This document shows positions 21,228-34,402 of a stretch of 64,000 nt of DNA, piece by piece. Numbering within the stretch: the stretch's first letter is position 1; each line of letters begins with the position of its first letter. Below the pieces are notes generated by a model that did no database searches, was not told the origin of the DNA, and saw only the letters and a program-made list of their open reading frames with translations. A program made the position numbers and the translations under genes. The stretch is from an uncultured Acidobacteriota bacterium. Lineage in GTDB: Bacteria > Acidobacteriota > Thermoanaerobaculia > Gp7-AA8. Location of the stretch: positions 256,001-320,000 of the forward strand of contig CAVUKB010000005.1 in assembly GCA_963741955.1 (NCBI GenBank), written 5' to 3'.

Positions 21228-22708
21228 GTGGGTTGGACGTCCCGTCCGATGCTCAGTGGGTTGGACGTCCCGTCCGATGCTCAGTGGGTTGGACGTCCCG
21301 TCCGATGCAGGGCGGCGTCCCGCGCCGCCCTGCTCCAGGCCGGGCTACGACGATCCTCGCCGAGAAGAGAGCCAGGAACCGACCGCGGCGCGAGAGGTAC
21401 GAGCCGCGTATCGTTGATGCCATCGCTCCCCGGCAGGATGCCGGGGAGCCTCGCGCGAGACGCGCGACCCACTTTGGAGGGCGGCGTCCCGCGCCGCCCT
21501 GCTCAGGGCAAGCTACGACGATCCTCCCGAGTAGAGAGACACGAACGCACCGCGGCGCGAGAGGTACGAGCCGCGTGTCGTTGATGCCATCGCTCCCCGG
21601 CAGGATGCCGGGGAGCCTCGCGCGGGACGCGCGACCCACTTGTGGGTTGGACGTCCCGTCCGATGCTCAGTGGGTTGGACGTCCCGTCCGATGCAGGGCG
21701 GCGTCCCGCGCCGCCCTGCTCCAGGGCAAGTCACGACGATCCTCGCCGAGAAGAGAGGCAGGAACCGACCGCGGCGCGAGAGGTACGATTCGCGTGGCGT
21801 TGATGCCATCGCTCCCCGGCAGGATGCCGGGGAGCCTCGCGCGGGACGCGCGACCCACTTGTGGGTTGGACGTCCCGTCCGATGCTCAGTGGGTTGGACG
21901 TCCCGTCCGATGCAGGGCGGCGTCCCGCGCCGCCCTGCTCAGGGCAAGTCACGACGATCTTCGCCGAGAAGAGAGACGCGAACCGACCGCATCGCGAGAG
22001 GTACGATTCGCGTGGCGTTGATGCCATCGCTCCCCGGCAGGATGCCGGGGAGCCTCGCGCGGGACGCGCGACCCACTTTGCAGGGCGGCGTCCCGCGCCG
22101 CCCTGCTCAGGGCAAGTCACGACGATCTTCGCCGAGAAGAGAGGCAGGAACCGACCGCATCGCGAGAGGTACGATTCGCGTGGCGTTGATGCCATCGCTC
22201 CCCGGCAGGATGCCGGGGAGCCTCGCGCGGGACGCGCGACCCACTTGTGGGTTGGACGTCCCGTCCGATGCTCAGTGGGTTGGACGTCCCGTCCGATGCA
22301 GGGTGGCGTCCCGCGCCGCCCTGCTCCAGGGCGGGCTACGACGATCCTCCCGAGTAGAGAGACACGAACGCACCGCGGCGCGAGAGGTACGAGCCGCGTG
22401 TCGTTGATGCCATCGCTCCCCGGCAGGATGCCGGGGAGCCTCGCGCGAGACGCGCGACCCACTTTGCAGGGCGGCGTCCCGCGCCGCCCTGCTCCAGGGC
22501 GGGCTACGACGATCCTCGCCGAGAAGAGAGGCAGGAACCGACCGCGGCGCGAGAGGTACGATTCGCGTGGCGTTGATGCCATCGCTCCCCGGCAGGATGC
22601 CGGGAGCCTCGCGCGGGACGCGCGACCCACTTACGCGCGACCCACTTACGCGCGACCCACTTACGCGCGACCCACTTACGCGCGACTCACTTACGCGCGA
22701 CCCACTTG
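21228..22708. repeat. Mosaic multi-hairpin array 2 (7 units plus 15-bp tandem tail)
   Basis: Core hairpin at 21426, 21593, 21812, 22030, 22198, 22416, 22585. Starts with 28-bp GTGGGTTGGACGTCCCGTCCGATGCTCA repeats; ends with (CGCGCGACCCACTTA)n. Confidence 0.95.
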
Positions 22709-22742
22709 CGCCGCCCTGCCATATTTACAATTCTCTGCCGGG

Positions 22743-22976
22743 TCAGCGGCGAACGTCGGACAACATCCGCTCGTAATCCTCGCGCGTGATCTCTCCACGC
22801 GCGTATCGCTCTTTCAGGATCTGCTCCGCGCTTGCCGTACTCCCGGCTCCAGGAGCGGAGGCGCCGCCACGCATCGCCCGCGACATTCCCCAGATGATCA
22901 CTCCCAGCAGGATCAGCAGAAACACCCACCAGAAGATCATTCCGAATCCCATTCCGTATCCGTATCCCCAGTGCAT
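22743..22976 (-). CDS. Small membrane protein with SHOCT domain
   Basis: G/M-rich N-terminus, one TM helix, 'AEQILKERYARGEITREDY'. Confidence 0.85.
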   Translation of the reverse strand: MHWGYGYGMGFGMIFWWVFLLILLGVIIWGMSRAMRGGASAPGAGSTASAEQILKERYARGEITREDYERMLSDVRR

Positions 22977-22986
22977 ACGACTCTCC

Positions 22987-25866
<2,880 letters not shown>

Positions 25867-25882
25867 CTCGATTCTCCCGGAT

Positions 25883-26215
25883 TCATCGCGCGTATTTCTT
25901 GAACAGGTCCGTCAGCTCGCCATAGACCACTTCCGCACGTGCAGTGTCCCTAGAGCGGATCGCGTCGGTCACGCAGTGCCGGAGATGGCTCTGAAGAAGC
26001 ACCTGCGCCGCGCCGCGAAGAGACTCCTGAACCGCCGAGATCTGCATCAGGACGTCGGGACAGTACCGATCTTCCTCGATCATCCTCTGCACGCCGCGCA
26101 CCTGACCCTCGATTCTGCGGAAGCGGTCGAGCAGTTTCCGCCGCCCCGACTCGTCCAGGCTCCCCTTCGGGTGCTCACACTCTCCAGGGTCGCTTTTCGT
26201 TCTGTTCGTCGCCAC
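25883..26215 (-). CDS. csoR: CsoR-family copper-sensing repressor
   Basis: [24 protein letters not shown]...HLRHCV (C-H-C ligands); AGGAGGT RBS, GTG start. Confidence 0.9.
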   Translation of the reverse strand: MATNRTKSDPGECEHPKGSLDESGRRKLLDRFRRIEGQVRGVQRMIEEDRYCPDVLMQISAVQESLRGAAQVLLQSHLRHCVTDAIRSRDTARAEVVYGELTDLFKKYAR

Positions 26216-26239
26216 ACGTCACCTCCTGTGGGACAAAAC

Positions 26240-26256
26240 ATACCATGGGGGGGTAT
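26240..26256. promoter_or_regulatory. CsoR operator
   Basis: ATACCATGGGGGGGTAT: ATACC...GGTAT inverted ends around a G-tract, 25 nt upstream of the csoR start. Confidence 0.8.
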
Positions 26257-26443
26257 TCTATTCCAACGAGGTGCGGCCTTCCCTGATCAGGCTCCGGAAT
26301 CGGGTGTGGGTCGGGAGATCACGATCGAGCCGAAGGCGCGTAGGGTTTGGGCCCCCGGCAATCTTCTTCTTCGGCCACGAGCTCATGCCCGGGCCTCGAC
26401 GAAGTGTTGCCGGACCCGGGAAGCCAGCGCAGACTGGGTCGGT

Positions 26444-27706
26444 TCAGGCCTTCGCCGCAACCGCGGCGGCGGCTTCAGCGATCTTGACCAGCGCCGAGAT
26501 CTCGCTCTCGTCGAGGATACGGTCGCTCTGCTTTGCAGCGTTCAGCACGGTCTGCACGATCGCCGGTTCGCTCGGCATCTCCCGCTCACGCAGGTACCAC
26601 GATACGTTCGACGCTCCCGACATCGGGCCGATCTCGATCGTCTGCGTCCGTCCGATCATTCCCGCAGGCACTCCGGAATAGACTCGATCCGCGAGCCAGT
26701 CGTGCCCCCTCTTCTTGGCTTTCACGATCGCCGCCGCATGGACGCCTGTCGCGGTCCGGAAACAGTCGCGTCCCACCACCGGTTGGTTCACTCCGATCGA
26801 CATTCCGGTCGCTTTCGCGACGAGGTCGATGTACTCGGGGAGACGCGTGAGATCGTCGTCTCTGAGACCGAGAAGCTGGAGATTCACCAGAAGCTGTTCC
26901 ATCGGCGTGTTGCCGACTCTCTCTCCGATACCGAGCGCCGTTCCATGCACCCGCGTCGCACCGGCCTCGATCGCAGCGAGACTGTTCGCCAGATCCAGTC
27001 CCCGATCGCGATGCCCGTGCCAGTCGATGCCGACGTCCACGCCCATTCCAGTGATCAGTTCCTTCGCCCAGGAGACGAGGTTGTACACCGCATCCGGAAC
27101 GGCTGCGCCGCACGTATCGCAGAGACAGACGCGCGAGGCGCCCTCGTCGATCGCTGCGCGCAGGAGCGGCTCCAGATCTTCCGGCGAAGAGCGAACGGTA
27201 TCTTCGGTCACATACATCACGCCCAGTCCTTCGCGCACTGCGAAGCGGACCGCATCCCTCGTCTGCCGGAGAATGAACTCGAGCTCCCACTCTTCCGCGT
27301 ACTGCCGGATCGGGCTGCTCCCGATGAAGATGGCCGCGTCCATCGGAACTCCCGTAATCTGGGAGATCTCCGCGATCGGCTGGATGTCGACCATCATCGT
27401 GCGTGCCGCGCAGTTCGGCCGGATCCGCATCCGCTGTTCGGAGATCTCCCGGCAGAGTCGAAGTACCGCCTGATACTGGCGGGCTCCCGCGCCGGGCAGA
27501 CCGATGTCGGCAGTCTCGATGCCGAAACCTTCCATCAGGTGGAGGATCTGAACCTTGGTCTCGAGCGCCGGATCGACCACCGAGGGACTCTGAAGGCCGT
27601 CGCGCAGAGTCTCGTCGTCCAGCATCACGTGTTTCGGCCACTTCGCCTGCCGCCGTCCCGCGCGTGCCCAGTCGTAAATGAGGTTGGTCTCGTCGAGTGT
27701 ATCCAT
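26444..27706 (-). CDS. LeuA/HMGL-family (DRE-TIM) enzyme lacking the C-terminal regulatory domain
   Basis: DETLRDGLQ, HGHRDRG, GIGERVGN; 420 aa from MDTLDETN; GGAGG RBS. Confidence 0.85.
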   Translation of the reverse strand: MDTLDETNLIYDWARAGRRQAKWPKHVMLDDETLRDGLQSPSVVDPALETKVQILHLMEGFGIETADIGLPGAGARQYQAVLRLCREISEQRMRIRPNCAARTMMVDIQPIAEISQITGVPMDAAIFIGSSPIRQYAEEWELEFILRQTRDAVRFAVREGLGVMYVTEDTVRSSPEDLEPLLRAAIDEGASRVCLCDTCGAAVPDAVYNLVSWAKELITGMGVDVGIDWHGHRDRGLDLANSLAAIEAGATRVHGTALGIGERVGNTPMEQLLVNLQLLGLRDDDLTRLPEYIDLVAKATGMSIGVNQPVVGRDCFRTATGVHAAAIVKAKKRGHDWLADRVYSGVPAGMIGRTQTIEIGPMSGASNVSWYLREREMPSEPAIVQTVLNAAKQSDRILDESEISALVKIAEAAAAVAAKA

Positions 27707-27738
27707 GTCGCCTCCCCGGGCGTCTTTCAAAAATGCAT

Positions 27739-28467
27739 CTACTTCGTCACCAGGCTCGACCCGAATTCGTTCGCCCGTCGCAGGAGATCCTCGGCCGCAT
27801 CGAGGTCTCCCTGAGAGCGACGGATCAGAGAAAGGTGGTAGAGACTGCTCACCTCTCCCACTCCTTCGTCGAGACTCCGCTGGAAAGCCCTCGCCGCAGC
27901 GATGAGATTGCCTCGCCGCTCGTGGATCACGCCGATGTGGTAATGCGCCATCAGGTACTCGGGCGTGAGGGCGGTGGAAGTCTCGAAGTGCTCGAGCGCC
28001 TCCTCGAGCTGCCCCGCATGGAAGAGGGAGATCGCCAGCCGGTAGTGCGCTGCGTTGTAGTTCGGATCGATCTCGAGACATCGCCGGAACGCGTTCGCTG
28101 CCTCGATCATGTTGCCGCGGTGGTAGAACGCGACGCCGAGGTCGTAGTGAGCGACGACGAAATCGGGAGCCCCCTCGATCGCTTTTCGATAGCGATCGAC
28201 CGCGGAATCGAGGAGTCCCTGATGGAAAAGGAGAGTCCCCAGCAGATGGTTTGCGAGCACGTGATCCGGCTCGGCCTGGAGGATACGCTCCAGGTCGCGT
28301 CGTGCTCCCTTGCTCTCACCCTGCCGCTCTTCCACCAGCGCGAACAGGAGCCGGTGATCGGTCCACGCGTCGCGCAGAAACGCGCCGCACTCGGCGCAGA
28401 ATTTGTCCTGTGAGGTCGAGACTCTGCCGCAGCGGCGGCATCGACCGTCCGAAGTCTGTTCTGTCAT
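27739..28467 (-). CDS. Zinc-ribbon plus TPR protein
   Basis: CRRCG...FCAECG followed by about 5 TPRs. Confidence 0.8.
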   Translation of the reverse strand: MTEQTSDGRCRRCGRVSTSQDKFCAECGAFLRDAWTDHRLLFALVEERQGESKGARRDLERILQAEPDHVLANHLLGTLLFHQGLLDSAVDRYRKAIEGAPDFVVAHYDLGVAFYHRGNMIEAANAFRRCLEIDPNYNAAHYRLAISLFHAGQLEEALEHFETSTALTPEYLMAHYHIGVIHERRGNLIAAARAFQRSLDEGVGEVSSLYHLSLIRRSQGDLDAAEDLLRRANEFGSSLVTK

Positions 28468-28506
28468 GGTCTCCTCCGTGTCACTCCTGATCCGTCGAAT
28501 CTCATT

Positions 28507-29004
28507 TCAATCGCTTGGTGCGGTGGGATCGATCGAACAATCGAGACAGAGCCGCGCCGCCGGTCTGAAGCCTTCGCTGCGGAAGAATCCGAGGAGTTCG
28601 AGCTCGTCCCAGCCGACTTCCGTGCGGAGCGTCGACACGCCGAGCGCTCCGAGATTGATCCTCAGTTGATGCATCAGGCGGTGCCCCACACCGTGCCCGC
28701 GGTACGCCGGGTCCACGCCGATCGACTCGATCGACGAGGTCGGCTCGGTCAGTCCGTATTCACCATAGAAGAGTGAAGCGAGAAGAAATCCGACCACGAT
28801 CCCTTCCGTTTCGGCGACCAGAGAGACTTGTAGCGCGGCCTGGCGGACGCTGCGTTCGATCATCAACTCGAAATAGCGCGGGCGCCGCCGTCCTGATGCG
28901 ATTGCGTCGATCCGCACGATCGCGTCGAGATCCGTCTCCCGCATCGTGCGGACTTCGACCGCCGATCGTTCGGCCTGTTCCACCGTCTCTTCCACGACCA
29001 TCAT
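28507..29004 (-). CDS. GNAT acetyltransferase (BadL-like context)
   Basis: 'SIGVDPAYRGHGVG' acetyl-CoA motif; GGAGG RBS before ATGATG; located inside the bcr operon. Confidence 0.8.
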   Translation of the reverse strand: MMVVEETVEQAERSAVEVRTMRETDLDAIVRIDAIASGRRRPRYFELMIERSVRQAALQVSLVAETEGIVVGFLLASLFYGEYGLTEPTSSIESIGVDPAYRGHGVGHRLMHQLRINLGALGVSTLRTEVGWDELELLGFFRSEGFRPAARLCLDCSIDPTAPSD

Positions 29005-29039
29005 CGACCTCCGTCCGGCTCCGCCGGTCCCCGTGACCA

Positions 29040-29756
29040 CTAACTTCCGAGATACTGTCCCGCGTCGACGCGGAGAATCTGCCCGGTGACCCGGCGGCCT
29101 CCCAGCCCGGAGAGATAGACCACCGCCGCTGCCACGTCGTCCGGTTCGACGAACTCCCCGGTCAGTGTTTCGTTCAGTGCCGTCTTTCGCACTTCCGCCG
29201 GCAGCCCTTCGGTCATCGACGTCCGCACCCATCCCGGCTCCACGACATTGACGAGAATCCCGAACCGTCCCGCTTCGCGGCTGACGCTCTTCGCGAGTCC
29301 TATCAATCCCGCCTTGCTCGCAGCGTAGGCGGATGTGCCGCGCTTTCCGCGCGAGCCGTTGATCGATCCGATCAGGACGATCCGTCCGCCGCCGATCCGC
29401 CGCATGACCGGGATGGCATGCCGGATGAGTAGAAAGGCGCCGCGGAGATTGACCGTCTGGACCGCATCCCACTCTTCGACCGCGAGCTTCCAGATCACCG
29501 CATCGCGCGAGATGCCGGCGCAGTGGACTGCGATGTCGATCCGGCCGTGCGTCCGGTCGATCCGGGTGATCGCCTCACCGACTGCGCCGTCGTCAGAGAG
29601 ATCGCAGCGCTCGAATTCAACACCTGACCCCGCGTGGCTGACGTCCAGTCCGACCACCGTCGCGCCGCGATCGCGGAGCGCCTCACAGATCACCGATCCG
29701 ATGCTCCCCGAGGATCCGGTGACGACCGCGACGCGTCCTTCCAGCTCCCGAGTCAT
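29040..29756 (-). CDS. Short-chain dehydrogenase/reductase (FabG-like)
   Basis: TGSSGSIG, YAASK; start overlaps the bcrD stop. Confidence 0.85.
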   Translation of the reverse strand: MTRELEGRVAVVTGSSGSIGSVICEALRDRGATVVGLDVSHAGSGVEFERCDLSDDGAVGEAITRIDRTHGRIDIAVHCAGISRDAVIWKLAVEEWDAVQTVNLRGAFLLIRHAIPVMRRIGGGRIVLIGSINGSRGKRGTSAYAASKAGLIGLAKSVSREAGRFGILVNVVEPGWVRTSMTEGLPAEVRKTALNETLTGEFVEPDDVAAAVVYLSGLGGRRVTGQILRVDAGQYLGS

Positions 29757-30631
29757 GATCGCTGCTCCGCGCGCCGGGCAAGAACGCGATGACGGTACGC
29801 ACCCCAGAGTGCCGCCCCGATCGCTCCGGCGTGAATGGAGTGCGGGTGCGCTCTCACTTCGAGTCCGATCGTCTCTTCGGCCAGCTTCTCCGAGAGCGCC
29901 GCAACCAGGCCTTCATCCGCGGCGAGTCCTCCGGTGACCGCCACGGTTCCCGTCGCGCCGATGGAGCGAAGCAGCTTCACGAAGCGCCCCGCCATCGAGA
30001 GGTGAATTCCTTTCAGGATGTCCGCCGTCGAGATCCCTCGGCTGACCATGTTGATGACATCGGTTTCGGCCAGCACCGCGCAGATGCTGCTGACCATCTC
30101 CGGACTTCTTGCGCTCCGCGAAAGCGGGCCGATGTCCTCCAGCGTGATGCCGAGATAGCGCGCGACATTCTCCAGGAACTGTCCGGTTCCCGATGCACAC
30201 TGCGACGTCATCCGGTACCCGAGGACTTTGCTCTTCCCGTCGATCTTCATCGCACGTGCGTGCAGTGCGCCGACGTCGAGGACCGCGGTCGCGCCCTCCA
30301 TCAGGAAGCCCGCTCCGCGTGCGTGAGTCGTCATTCCGTAGAAGTGACCCCTCCGGAAATCGACCATCTCCCCTTCGCCGGTCGTGGCGACGTACGCGAT
30401 GTCGCCTCTCTCCACGCCGGCCTCCTCGAGTGCCACGCGGTAGGCATCGGCAATCACTGCACGAAGATCCCGGCGCCGGATGCGATCCGTTCGAAGAGCG
30501 AGAATCCGAGGGCCGTCGCCATTCGCTTCGGTGATCACCGCCGTCTTGACCGAGCTCGAGCCGACGTCGATCCCTGCGGTGACCAGCGGCTCCGCGATCC
30601 GCGGTTCCAGGCGTTGCAGTTGCGTGCTCAT
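29753..30631 (-). CDS. bcrD: Benzoyl-CoA reductase subunit D
   Basis: GIDVGSS, ATTGEGE, HFYGMTTHARG, MTSQCASGTGQFLEN, CAVLAETDVINMVSRG. Confidence 0.93.
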   Translation of the reverse strand: MSTQLQRLEPRIAEPLVTAGIDVGSSSVKTAVITEANGDGPRILALRTDRIRRRDLRAVIADAYRVALEEAGVERGDIAYVATTGEGEMVDFRRGHFYGMTTHARGAGFLMEGATAVLDVGALHARAMKIDGKSKVLGYRMTSQCASGTGQFLENVARYLGITLEDIGPLSRSARSPEMVSSICAVLAETDVINMVSRGISTADILKGIHLSMAGRFVKLLRSIGATGTVAVTGGLAADEGLVAALSEKLAEETIGLEVRAHPHSIHAGAIGAALWGAYRHRVLARRAEQRS

Positions 30632-31953
30632 GCCGCTCTCTCTCCGTCCCGCCGCGCGAAGAGCGCCGCGCCGAGCGCACCGGTGAAAATCGAGTCCGAC
30701 GAGATGTTCGTGGTCCGCGGACCGTAGTTCTCACGAACCAGTTCGTCGAGAGCCGCGACGGCAGCGGGATTGCGAGCCACTCCGCCGGTGAAGGTGAACT
30801 CGTCCGAGACTCCGCCCGATCGCGCCAGCAGAGACATCGCGCGCAACATGATCGCCCGGTGCAGCCCGGCGAGGATGTCCTCTCGCTTCTGTCCGAGAGA
30901 AAGGCGGTCGCGGAGCTCCGCCCCCGCGAAAACCGTGCAGGTACTGTTGATCTTCACCCGTGCGGTGCTCTCCTGAGCGAGAGGCCCGAGCTCGTGCAGC
31001 CCCAGGTTCATCTCGTCCGCGATGTACCCGAGGTATCGGCCGCAGCCCGCAGCACAGCGGTCGTTCATCTGAAAGCTGGTGACGATGCCGTCGGCATCGA
31101 GCTGGATCGCCTTGGTGTCCTGTCCGCCGATGTCGAGCACCGTGCGGGTGGAGGGGAACATCGCGTGAGCGCCGAGACCGTGGCAGAGGATCTCGCTCCG
31201 GATCTGTTCCTTCGGGAACGGGAGTCGCTGCCGTCCGTATCCGGTTCCGACCGTCGCGATCTCCTTCAGTTCGATGGCCCGGACTTCGTCCACCGCGATC
31301 CGCAACCGGTCCGCCATTCCTCGCAGCTCGGATGGGCTCTGCTCGATCGCATTCGCCGCGGCGGTGCCGATCAGCCGGTCGAAAGCTCCATCGGTGACCG
31401 AGTTCTCCACCTTGAGGATCGCGGCGTCGAAGATCCCGCAGAGGACTTCGAAGCTGATCCCTTTGGGATCGGAGCTCTCCTCCGCCAGATGCATGAAGTC
31501 GGCGGCGGCGAGGTCGCGGAAGAAATCGCTGCGCCGCGTCACGCCCGGAGCGAAATGGTCGCCTGCGCGGGCGAACATCGTTGCGGAGAGAGCGTCGATT
31601 TTCGAGATCAGCTCTCCCCGCCAGTGCCCGTGCTTCGGGACGTCGGCTCCGGCATGCATCGCCTCACGCAGCGTCTCCAGATGCTCGAGATGCTGCAGAA
31701 GGCGGAAATTCGATTCGAGCAGCGAGAGAAACGTCTCGCTTTCCGAGACTCCGGCGTCTGCGATTCTTGCGCTGGTCATCGCGAAACGGGCGCGTACGAA
31801 CGCTTCGTCACGCACCACCTTGCAGGCCACGTCGTAGTTGCTCCGGCTGTTGGTGATGCCCCGGCCGAGGACGCGGCCACCGGAATCGAGGACCACGGCC
31901 TTGGTGGTCGTCGAGCCGAGGTCGATCCCGACCACCACTTCGACGGTGCTCAT
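30628..31953 (-). CDS. bcrA: Benzoyl-CoA reductase subunit A
   Basis: GIDLGSTTTK, GITNSRSNYD, GTGYGR, SEILCHGLG, DIGGQDTK, MNDRCAAGCGRYLG. Confidence 0.93.
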   Translation of the reverse strand: MSTVEVVVGIDLGSTTTKAVVLDSGGRVLGRGITNSRSNYDVACKVVRDEAFVRARFAMTSARIADAGVSESETFLSLLESNFRLLQHLEHLETLREAMHAGADVPKHGHWRGELISKIDALSATMFARAGDHFAPGVTRRSDFFRDLAAADFMHLAEESSDPKGISFEVLCGIFDAAILKVENSVTDGAFDRLIGTAAANAIEQSPSELRGMADRLRIAVDEVRAIELKEIATVGTGYGRQRLPFPKEQIRSEILCHGLGAHAMFPSTRTVLDIGGQDTKAIQLDADGIVTSFQMNDRCAAGCGRYLGYIADEMNLGLHELGPLAQESTARVKINSTCTVFAGAELRDRLSLGQKREDILAGLHRAIMLRAMSLLARSGGVSDEFTFTGGVARNPAAVAALDELVRENYGPRTTNISSDSIFTGALGAALFARRDGERAA

Positions 31954-33233
31954 ACCGCGGCCTCCCGCTTCTGGTCGAGCATCTGCAGATAGCTCTCGAT
32001 CCGGTTCCTGATATTCGCCGCGGAGAAGTAACGGGGGTCGACCAGATCGCTCTCGATGAACGCGCCCGGGACGCCGGTCCGCTCCTCGATCTGCCGCAGC
32101 ATCAGCAGCTGCCCCACGCTGAACGAGTTGCAGCTCTTCACACTGTTGATCAGGAATCCGTCCGCCGAATACTCGCGGACGTAGCGCTCGAGGAGTTCGA
32201 CCCGCGACGGGAGTCCGAGATTCGTGTAGCAGCCGAGGCAGTAGTCGGCGAGCGTCTCCAGAGGATGGTCGGGGTCGTGACGGAATCCCCGGTCGTACAG
32301 ACCTCCCACTTTCGTGTAGCTGCTCGCGACGACGACCGCCCCTTCCTCGTAGAACATCTTCCAGAACTCCCGGAAACTGGTCCAGTTCGGAGGCCCTTCC
32401 ACCACCAGCCGGTATCGCTCCTCCGCCATCGGACCATCGGGAGTGATCGGGCCCACTCCAGCTGCGATGCGTGCTTCGACTTCCTGGCGCAGCGCGTCGT
32501 AGTAGGCAGAGCCCTCCTCCGTTCCGCGGAACGCGGTGAACATCGGGCCGATGTAGTAGACGCCTCCGAAGTACGCATCGATGGGCGAAGGCGTCGCTTT
32601 CGCGCTCTCCAGAATCCACACCAGATCGTCTTCGGCACGCGCCGAGAGCCTGAGCATCCCACGCAGTCGATCTTCGTCGAAGGGACGTCCGCTCACTTTC
32701 TCCAGCGCGGGAATCACTTCACGGACCAGCTGGTCGGTGACGTACGCGCGCTGATGCGGGTGGATGCTCCCGTCGGCCTGATACGGAACGTGGAGCATCA
32801 CCACCGGGCAGTCGTACTCCTCCCGCAGCAGCTCGAACCACTTCATGAACGTGAAGCATCCGGTATACGAAAGAAGGAGGAGATCCGGAGGCGGCAGGCG
32901 CTTCCCCGTCGGCCCGATGTTCCCCTTCTTCATCATTCCGACGTCGCACTTCACGTACGTGCATACGTCTTCACTGTGACCCTGCTTCTCCGCTTCGGCG
33001 ATGTACTCGCCGGAGAGTTTCCGCATCCCGGACTGCAGAACATTGATCTCCGGGAAGACCGGCAGGAGATCGAACGAGCGAATCAACTCGTTCAGGTTTC
33101 CCGGGACGAAGGTGTAGACGACCTTTCGATTCTCCTCGGGGGCGCGAGCGAGCGCGTCGAAGTGATCTGCCAGCATCTGCTTCTGCAGCAGCATGCTCGG
33201 TTCTTTCCGGATGTCGTTCGGCCGTGCGGTCAT
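31950..33233 (-). CDS. bcrB: Benzoyl-CoA reductase subunit B
   Basis: TFVPGNL, EDVCTYVKCD, SYTGCFTFMKWFE, KSCNSFS, SDLVDPRYFS. Confidence 0.93.
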   Translation of the reverse strand: MTARPNDIRKEPSMLLQKQMLADHFDALARAPEENRKVVYTFVPGNLNELIRSFDLLPVFPEINVLQSGMRKLSGEYIAEAEKQGHSEDVCTYVKCDVGMMKKGNIGPTGKRLPPPDLLLLSYTGCFTFMKWFELLREEYDCPVVMLHVPYQADGSIHPHQRAYVTDQLVREVIPALEKVSGRPFDEDRLRGMLRLSARAEDDLVWILESAKATPSPIDAYFGGVYYIGPMFTAFRGTEEGSAYYDALRQEVEARIAAGVGPITPDGPMAEERYRLVVEGPPNWTSFREFWKMFYEEGAVVVASSYTKVGGLYDRGFRHDPDHPLETLADYCLGCYTNLGLPSRVELLERYVREYSADGFLINSVKSCNSFSVGQLLMLRQIEERTGVPGAFIESDLVDPRYFSAANIRNRIESYLQMLDQKREAAV

Positions 33234-34402
33234 GCTTCGCTCCAGAGGCGGATGGAATCGGAGAACGTCCCCGCCTGCTCGCGGATCACCGCGAACTGCC
33301 CCGTATCTTCCGAGTACTTGAGCTCCGTGTGTGGAATCGACTCCCGGTCGAGCGCAGACATCAGGATCGGCTGCTCGAGGAGTGCCGGGTCGCAGAAGCT
33401 CGGTGCGCAGAAGATCACCCCTTCCGCACGGTCACGACGCACCGAGTCGACCAGCCAGCGCGCGCGGTTCCCTTCCGGCGCGTACTTCGACGCGGTCGCG
33501 ATCGAGGTCGAGAGCGTCGCCGCGACGAGACTCTCGATCAGATCGCCTTCCGTAGAAACATCGGAGGTGAGCCACCGGAGCCCGAGGAGGAGATCGTCGT
33601 TCACCACCCAGCAGCCGGCGCGCTCGAGAGTGACCAGGAGTCCGTGCGGCGGCTGCTCGCAGAACGTGCCGACCACCACCACCCGGCTCAGATCCTGTTC
33701 TTTACGGTCGCCGGCACGAGGCGCTTCCTCCAGATACGACCGGATCATCTCCGTGTGCTCCTCGGGAGGAATGAGGTTCCCGGCGCGGAGGATGAGATAG
33801 ACCTCGGAGAGCGGATAGAGCCAGGGAGTGCGCGTGCGCGCGTCGTAGAGTTCACGGATCGCACGACGGTTCACGTTGTAGACCTCGATGCTCCGACGAA
33901 GCGCTTCGTCTTCGATCCGGTGTCCCGCTATCGCACCGAGCTCCTCGCGCAGCGTCTGAAGCTCGGAACGCCAGAACTCGCCGCCGATCTCGGGATCGAA
34001 GTTCTGCGGGACGTCGATGTAGCGGACGTAGCGATCGGGGAAAAGCATCGACCACATCCCGGAGAGGTTCCGGATCACGTCGCAGATCGACGGAAAGAGC
34101 ATTCCGTCGAGAACGTCGAGTCTCCTCGAGAGCGCCATCTCGATGGTGCTTCGAGGGATTCTGCAGATGTAGCTTTGAAAGTACGCGTCCCCGCGGATGA
34201 TCTCCAGCCGGTCGCCGCCTCCCATGATTCCGACCGGGAGCATTCCCGCAGCGTGAATCAGTTCGCGCGGCACCCAGATCGGCATGTGTCCGATCGCACC
34301 GGCACCGCGATGGCGTTCCTTCCACCCGCGGACCGACATCAGGTCGACGTCCTCGTAGAGCATACGGGCACGTTCGACGACCTCGCGAAGTGCGGCGGTC
34401 AT
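33230..34402 (-). CDS. bcrC: Benzoyl-CoA reductase subunit C
   Basis: GDAYFQSYICRIPRS, SICDVIRNLSG, FCEQPP, FCDPAL, EQAGTFSDSI. Confidence 0.93.
   Translation of the reverse strand: MTAALREVVERARMLYEDVDLMSVRGWKERHRGAGAIGHMPIWVPRELIHAAGMLPVGIMGGGDRLEIIRGDAYFQSYICRIPRSTIEMALSRRLDVLDGMLFPSICDVIRNLSGMWSMLFPDRYVRYIDVPQNFDPEIGGEFWRSELQTLREELGAIAGHRIEDEALRRSIEVYNVNRRAIRELYDARTRTPWLYPLSEVYLILRAGNLIPPEEHTEMIRSYLEEAPRAGDRKEQDLSRVVVVGTFCEQPPHGLLVTLERAGCWVVNDDLLLGLRWLTSDVSTEGDLIESLVAATLSTSIATASKYAPEGNRARWLVDSVRRDRAEGVIFCAPSFCDPALLEQPILMSALDRESIPHTELKYSEDTGQFAVIREQAGTFSDSIRLWSEA

Noticed and set aside
13355-22708. CRISPR interpretation of the arrays
   Set aside because: The linkers are homologous to one another rather than unique spacers, the period is 167-240 bp, and no cas genes are present.
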